Source: Patescibacteria group bacterium
GTDB taxonomy: Bacteria; Patescibacteriota; Minisyncoccia; Minisyncoccales; JAHCRE01
Assembly: GCA_020148055.1 (NCBI GenBank)
Contig: JAHCRF010000004.1
Location: 1 to 49,596, forward strand
Direction: 5' to 3'
DNA: 49,596 nucleotides
A program made the translations under genes and the position numbers. Under the pieces are notes generated by a model. The model was not told the origin of the DNA. It made no database searches and worked only from the letters and a program-made list of their open reading frames with translations. Below, piece after piece: positions 47,523 through 49,596 of this stretch (positions within the stretch are counted from its first letter, which is position 1; every line of letters begins with the position of its first letter).

Positions 47523-47798
47523 CTATAATTTGTAAACCTTATATCCTTCCCGAACTTTTTGATCGACTTTAAGCCCAATTGAATCACCGGCCTTAGCCTC
47601 ATCAATTTTTTTATGTTCAATCTCCATTGACTCTATCGTCTGAGTGAAATCAGTTGTCCCACCAATAATTCTAATAGTATCGCCAACCCTTAAAGTGTCT
47701 TCCAGTTCAATAACTGCCACTCCAATTCCTCCAAAATAATGAGTGATTTTCCCGATTAATTTCCCTTCCTCGGGAACTGGAATTTCTTCATTTGGCAT
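47523..47798 (-). CDS. Translation-factor domain II-like beta-barrel protein
   Basis: IGKITHYF..IGVA, GD.I.I.G..TDF.Q.IESM. Confidence 0.75.
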   Translation of the reverse strand: MPNEEIPVPEEGKLIGKITHYFGGIGVAVIELEDTLRVGDTIRIIGGTTDFTQTIESMEIEHKKIDEAKAGDSIGLKVDQKVREGYKVYKL

Positions 47799-47841
47799 AA
47801 TTATAACTCCGCTTTTGCCTCAGCAAAAGCAGAAACCACGA

Positions 47842-48408
47842 TTAATTTTTTTCGACCTTTTTAAAATGAATTTTTTCTTTTTTTATTAAATTAATCAGTT
47901 TTTTTACCAATTTTTTAGGATTTTTGTCATAAATAACCTTTTTTACTCCTCGATAGGGACCGGTAGCAATAATTTTTATTTTGTCAGCGGTTCCACCTGA
48001 GCCCTCCAACACCCCGATGGGTTTTTGGTCTTCAAAGGCAGTGGTAAATTCGTTGAGAGTGCCCATTCGACCACAGATAATAATTACTCCGTCTGCAGCA
48101 TTGGTCATTAAAAGATTTCTCCCTGTATAATCAAAACCGGTGTAAACGATAATATCAAAGCTATCTGTAGGAAGTTTATATTTCCTCAAGTGAGCGGCTT
48201 CAGAAGTTGCTGGAGAAAAACCAATGCTAAATCCCCCGACCTCCTTGCAGCCCTGAGCGGAAAAATAAGGAACTCCAGTTGTGGCGCCAGTAATTAGAAT
48301 ACATTTTTGACGAGCAATTTCTCGACCAACTTCTTTAGATAATTCCTTAATTCCTTTTGCACAATGGCTAACCCGAGCTGCACCCGAAACTGCAATCTTG
48401 TATTTCAT
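47842..48408 (-). CDS. LOG/Rossmann-fold nucleotide-binding protein
   Basis: ITGA, GRN, GRMGTLNEF, GSGG. Confidence 0.82.
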   Translation of the reverse strand: MKYKIAVSGAARVSHCAKGIKELSKEVGREIARQKCILITGATTGVPYFSAQGCKEVGGFSIGFSPATSEAAHLRKYKLPTDSFDIIVYTGFDYTGRNLLMTNAADGVIIICGRMGTLNEFTTAFEDQKPIGVLEGSGGTADKIKIIATGPYRGVKKVIYDKNPKKLVKKLINLIKKEKIHFKKVEKN

Positions 48409-48437
48409 ATATTTTATTATAGCAGAATTTTGTCAAA

Positions 48438-48468
48438 CTAAAAATGGGTGATTATCACCCATTTTTAG
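48438..48468. terminator. Perfect palindrome/terminator
   Basis: ctaaaaatgggtgat-t-atcacccatttttag. Confidence 0.65.
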
Positions 48469-48601
48469 CGAGGGGGGGACGGACCTAACAATCTTAGTTT
48501 AACCTTTAAAGCGTGGCTGGACATTGGCCAAGGAAGCTTCTTTGACCTCCATCATTAAGTACCGTTTGTCCCTAGAGGATCTTACCTCGCACCCCCTCGC
48601 T
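48467..48601 (-). ncRNA. Candidate structured small RNA
   Basis: Terminal 10-bp IR agcgaggggg/ccccctcgct; TTGACA-16-TAATAT immediately upstream (48606-33); terminator immediately downstream. Confidence 0.5.
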
Positions 48602-48647
48602 TCTTATATTAATTTACCAAAAATTTTTGTCAAGATTTTTTTCCACA

Positions 48648-49415
48648 TTAGTTTTTTAGAAGATTTTTAAGCCATCTTACTGTATTTTGAATCAGCCTCT
48701 TTTGAATGTAATAATTTTCGTCAAATTTATGGCCAGCTTTTGGAAGGGCTATTAACTTTATGTTTTTGTAATCTTTAACTAATTGTCTTGAAAACTTTAT
48801 TGGAACTGTCTCATCTTTTTTTCCATGGATTATTAAAATAGGAATTTGAACCTGAGAAAGTAAAGGAGTGTAATCCTTCTTTTCATTCTCTTTTAGATAA
48901 CCAATCCCAAATTTTTTGTCTTTTCTGATCAAATATCCTCGTTTTTTCCATTTCTTTAAATCATTTTTGGTATGCCAAAAAGGAATCAACTTCTTCTGGT
49001 AAAAAGCCGGGCTCCAAAAAACTAAAGTTTTAGCTGAAAAATTATTTTGAACTACGTATTTCAGAACGACTACTGCTCCAAAACTTTCGGCAATAAAACC
49101 CATCCTCTTTTTATCAATATTCTTTTGTTTTAAAACATAACCTAAGGCTAAATCTAAATCCTGAGTCTCATTTTCCACAGTGGCTATTTCAAGCTTTCCT
49201 TCTGAATCGCCACATCCTTCAAAATCGAATCGAAAACTCGCGATCTTTTTTTTAGCTAAAACTCGAGCCAATCTCACTAATCTCCTTCGAGTTTTTGTCG
49301 CTCCAAATCCATGACAAATAACAACCAAAGGAAACTTCTTTTTTCCTCTTGGAATATGTAAAATCCCTATTAATTGCTTTCCTCTTTTATTTTTAAAAAC
49401 AACCGGCTTTTCCAT
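48648..49415 (-). CDS. Alpha/beta hydrolase
   Basis: CHGFG, FDFEGCGDSEG, ESFG nucleophile, IHGKKD, AGH. Confidence 0.88.
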   Translation of the reverse strand: MEKPVVFKNKRGKQLIGILHIPRGKKKFPLVVICHGFGATKTRRRLVRLARVLAKKKIASFRFDFEGCGDSEGKLEIATVENETQDLDLALGYVLKQKNIDKKRMGFIAESFGAVVVLKYVVQNNFSAKTLVFWSPAFYQKKLIPFWHTKNDLKKWKKRGYLIRKDKKFGIGYLKENEKKDYTPLLSQVQIPILIIHGKKDETVPIKFSRQLVKDYKNIKLIALPKAGHKFDENYYIQKRLIQNTVRWLKNLLKN

Positions 49416-49428
49416 AATTTAAATCTTG

Positions 49429-49596
49429 TATCCCCGGGCTGATTTTCACCCCGCACCAAATTTTTGTGCCCCCAGGAAGAGTCGAACTTCCACTTTAGTC
49501 TCCGGAGGACTACGTTCTGTCCATTGAACTATGGGGGCGTATTTTGGTGCGGGGCGGGCAGCCATCCTCAGCTCCGGAGGCTGATGCTTTATCCAT
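49429..49596 (-). tRNA. Interrupted tRNA-Arg(CCG) (outer; 5' end outside window) with a 110-bp insert at 49449-49558
   Basis: ..ATGGATAAAGCA, TCAGC-CTCCGGA-GCTGA, GGAT, GGCTG [insert] TGAAAAT CAGCC CGGGGAT A. Confidence 0.7.
49467..49538 (-). tRNA. tRNA-Arg(CCG), intact (inner)
   Basis: GCCCCCA/TGGGGGC acceptor, GTTC/GAAC D stem, TAGTC-CTCCGGA-GACTA, GGAAG-TTCGACT-CTTCC; no encoded CCA. Confidence 0.93.

Overview
AT-rich bacterial chromosomal window. Gene content (reduced metabolism, many archaea-like genes, few Shine-Dalgarno sites) suggests a CPR/Parcubacteria organism, possibly Nealsonbacteria-like; this is inference. Contents: class III RNR (nrdD-nrdG); a tail-less ftsZ directly after rpsL-rpsG-fusA; rpmB and tRNA-Pro; a DUF134/MinD-ferredoxin ATPase/NifB-NifX operon; an Rrf2(IscR)-iscS-iscU-mnmA cluster; a PAS histidine kinase and response regulator; greA; EndoQ; an acyl-CoA dehydratase activase trio; rtcA; prs; and tRNA-Arg. 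No transposase, integrase, prophage or CRISPR array is visible. The most unusual signals are non-coding. (1) An intact tRNA-Arg(CCG), bracketed by a 12-bp inverted repeat, sits inside the T-arm of a second tRNA-Arg(CCG) at the window end. (2) Short GC-rich palindromes are inserted in frame into at least five or six housekeeping proteins, two of them as 39-bp inserts with 6-7-bp direct repeats. (3) Degenerate heptamer arrays occur inside coding sequences. (4) Two promoter-bearing structured ncRNA candidates are present, one 6S-like. (5) A terminator/antiterminator leader precedes greA. (6) An AAGGTCG motif recurs upstream of genes. All protein calls come from motif recognition by eye; no database search was run.
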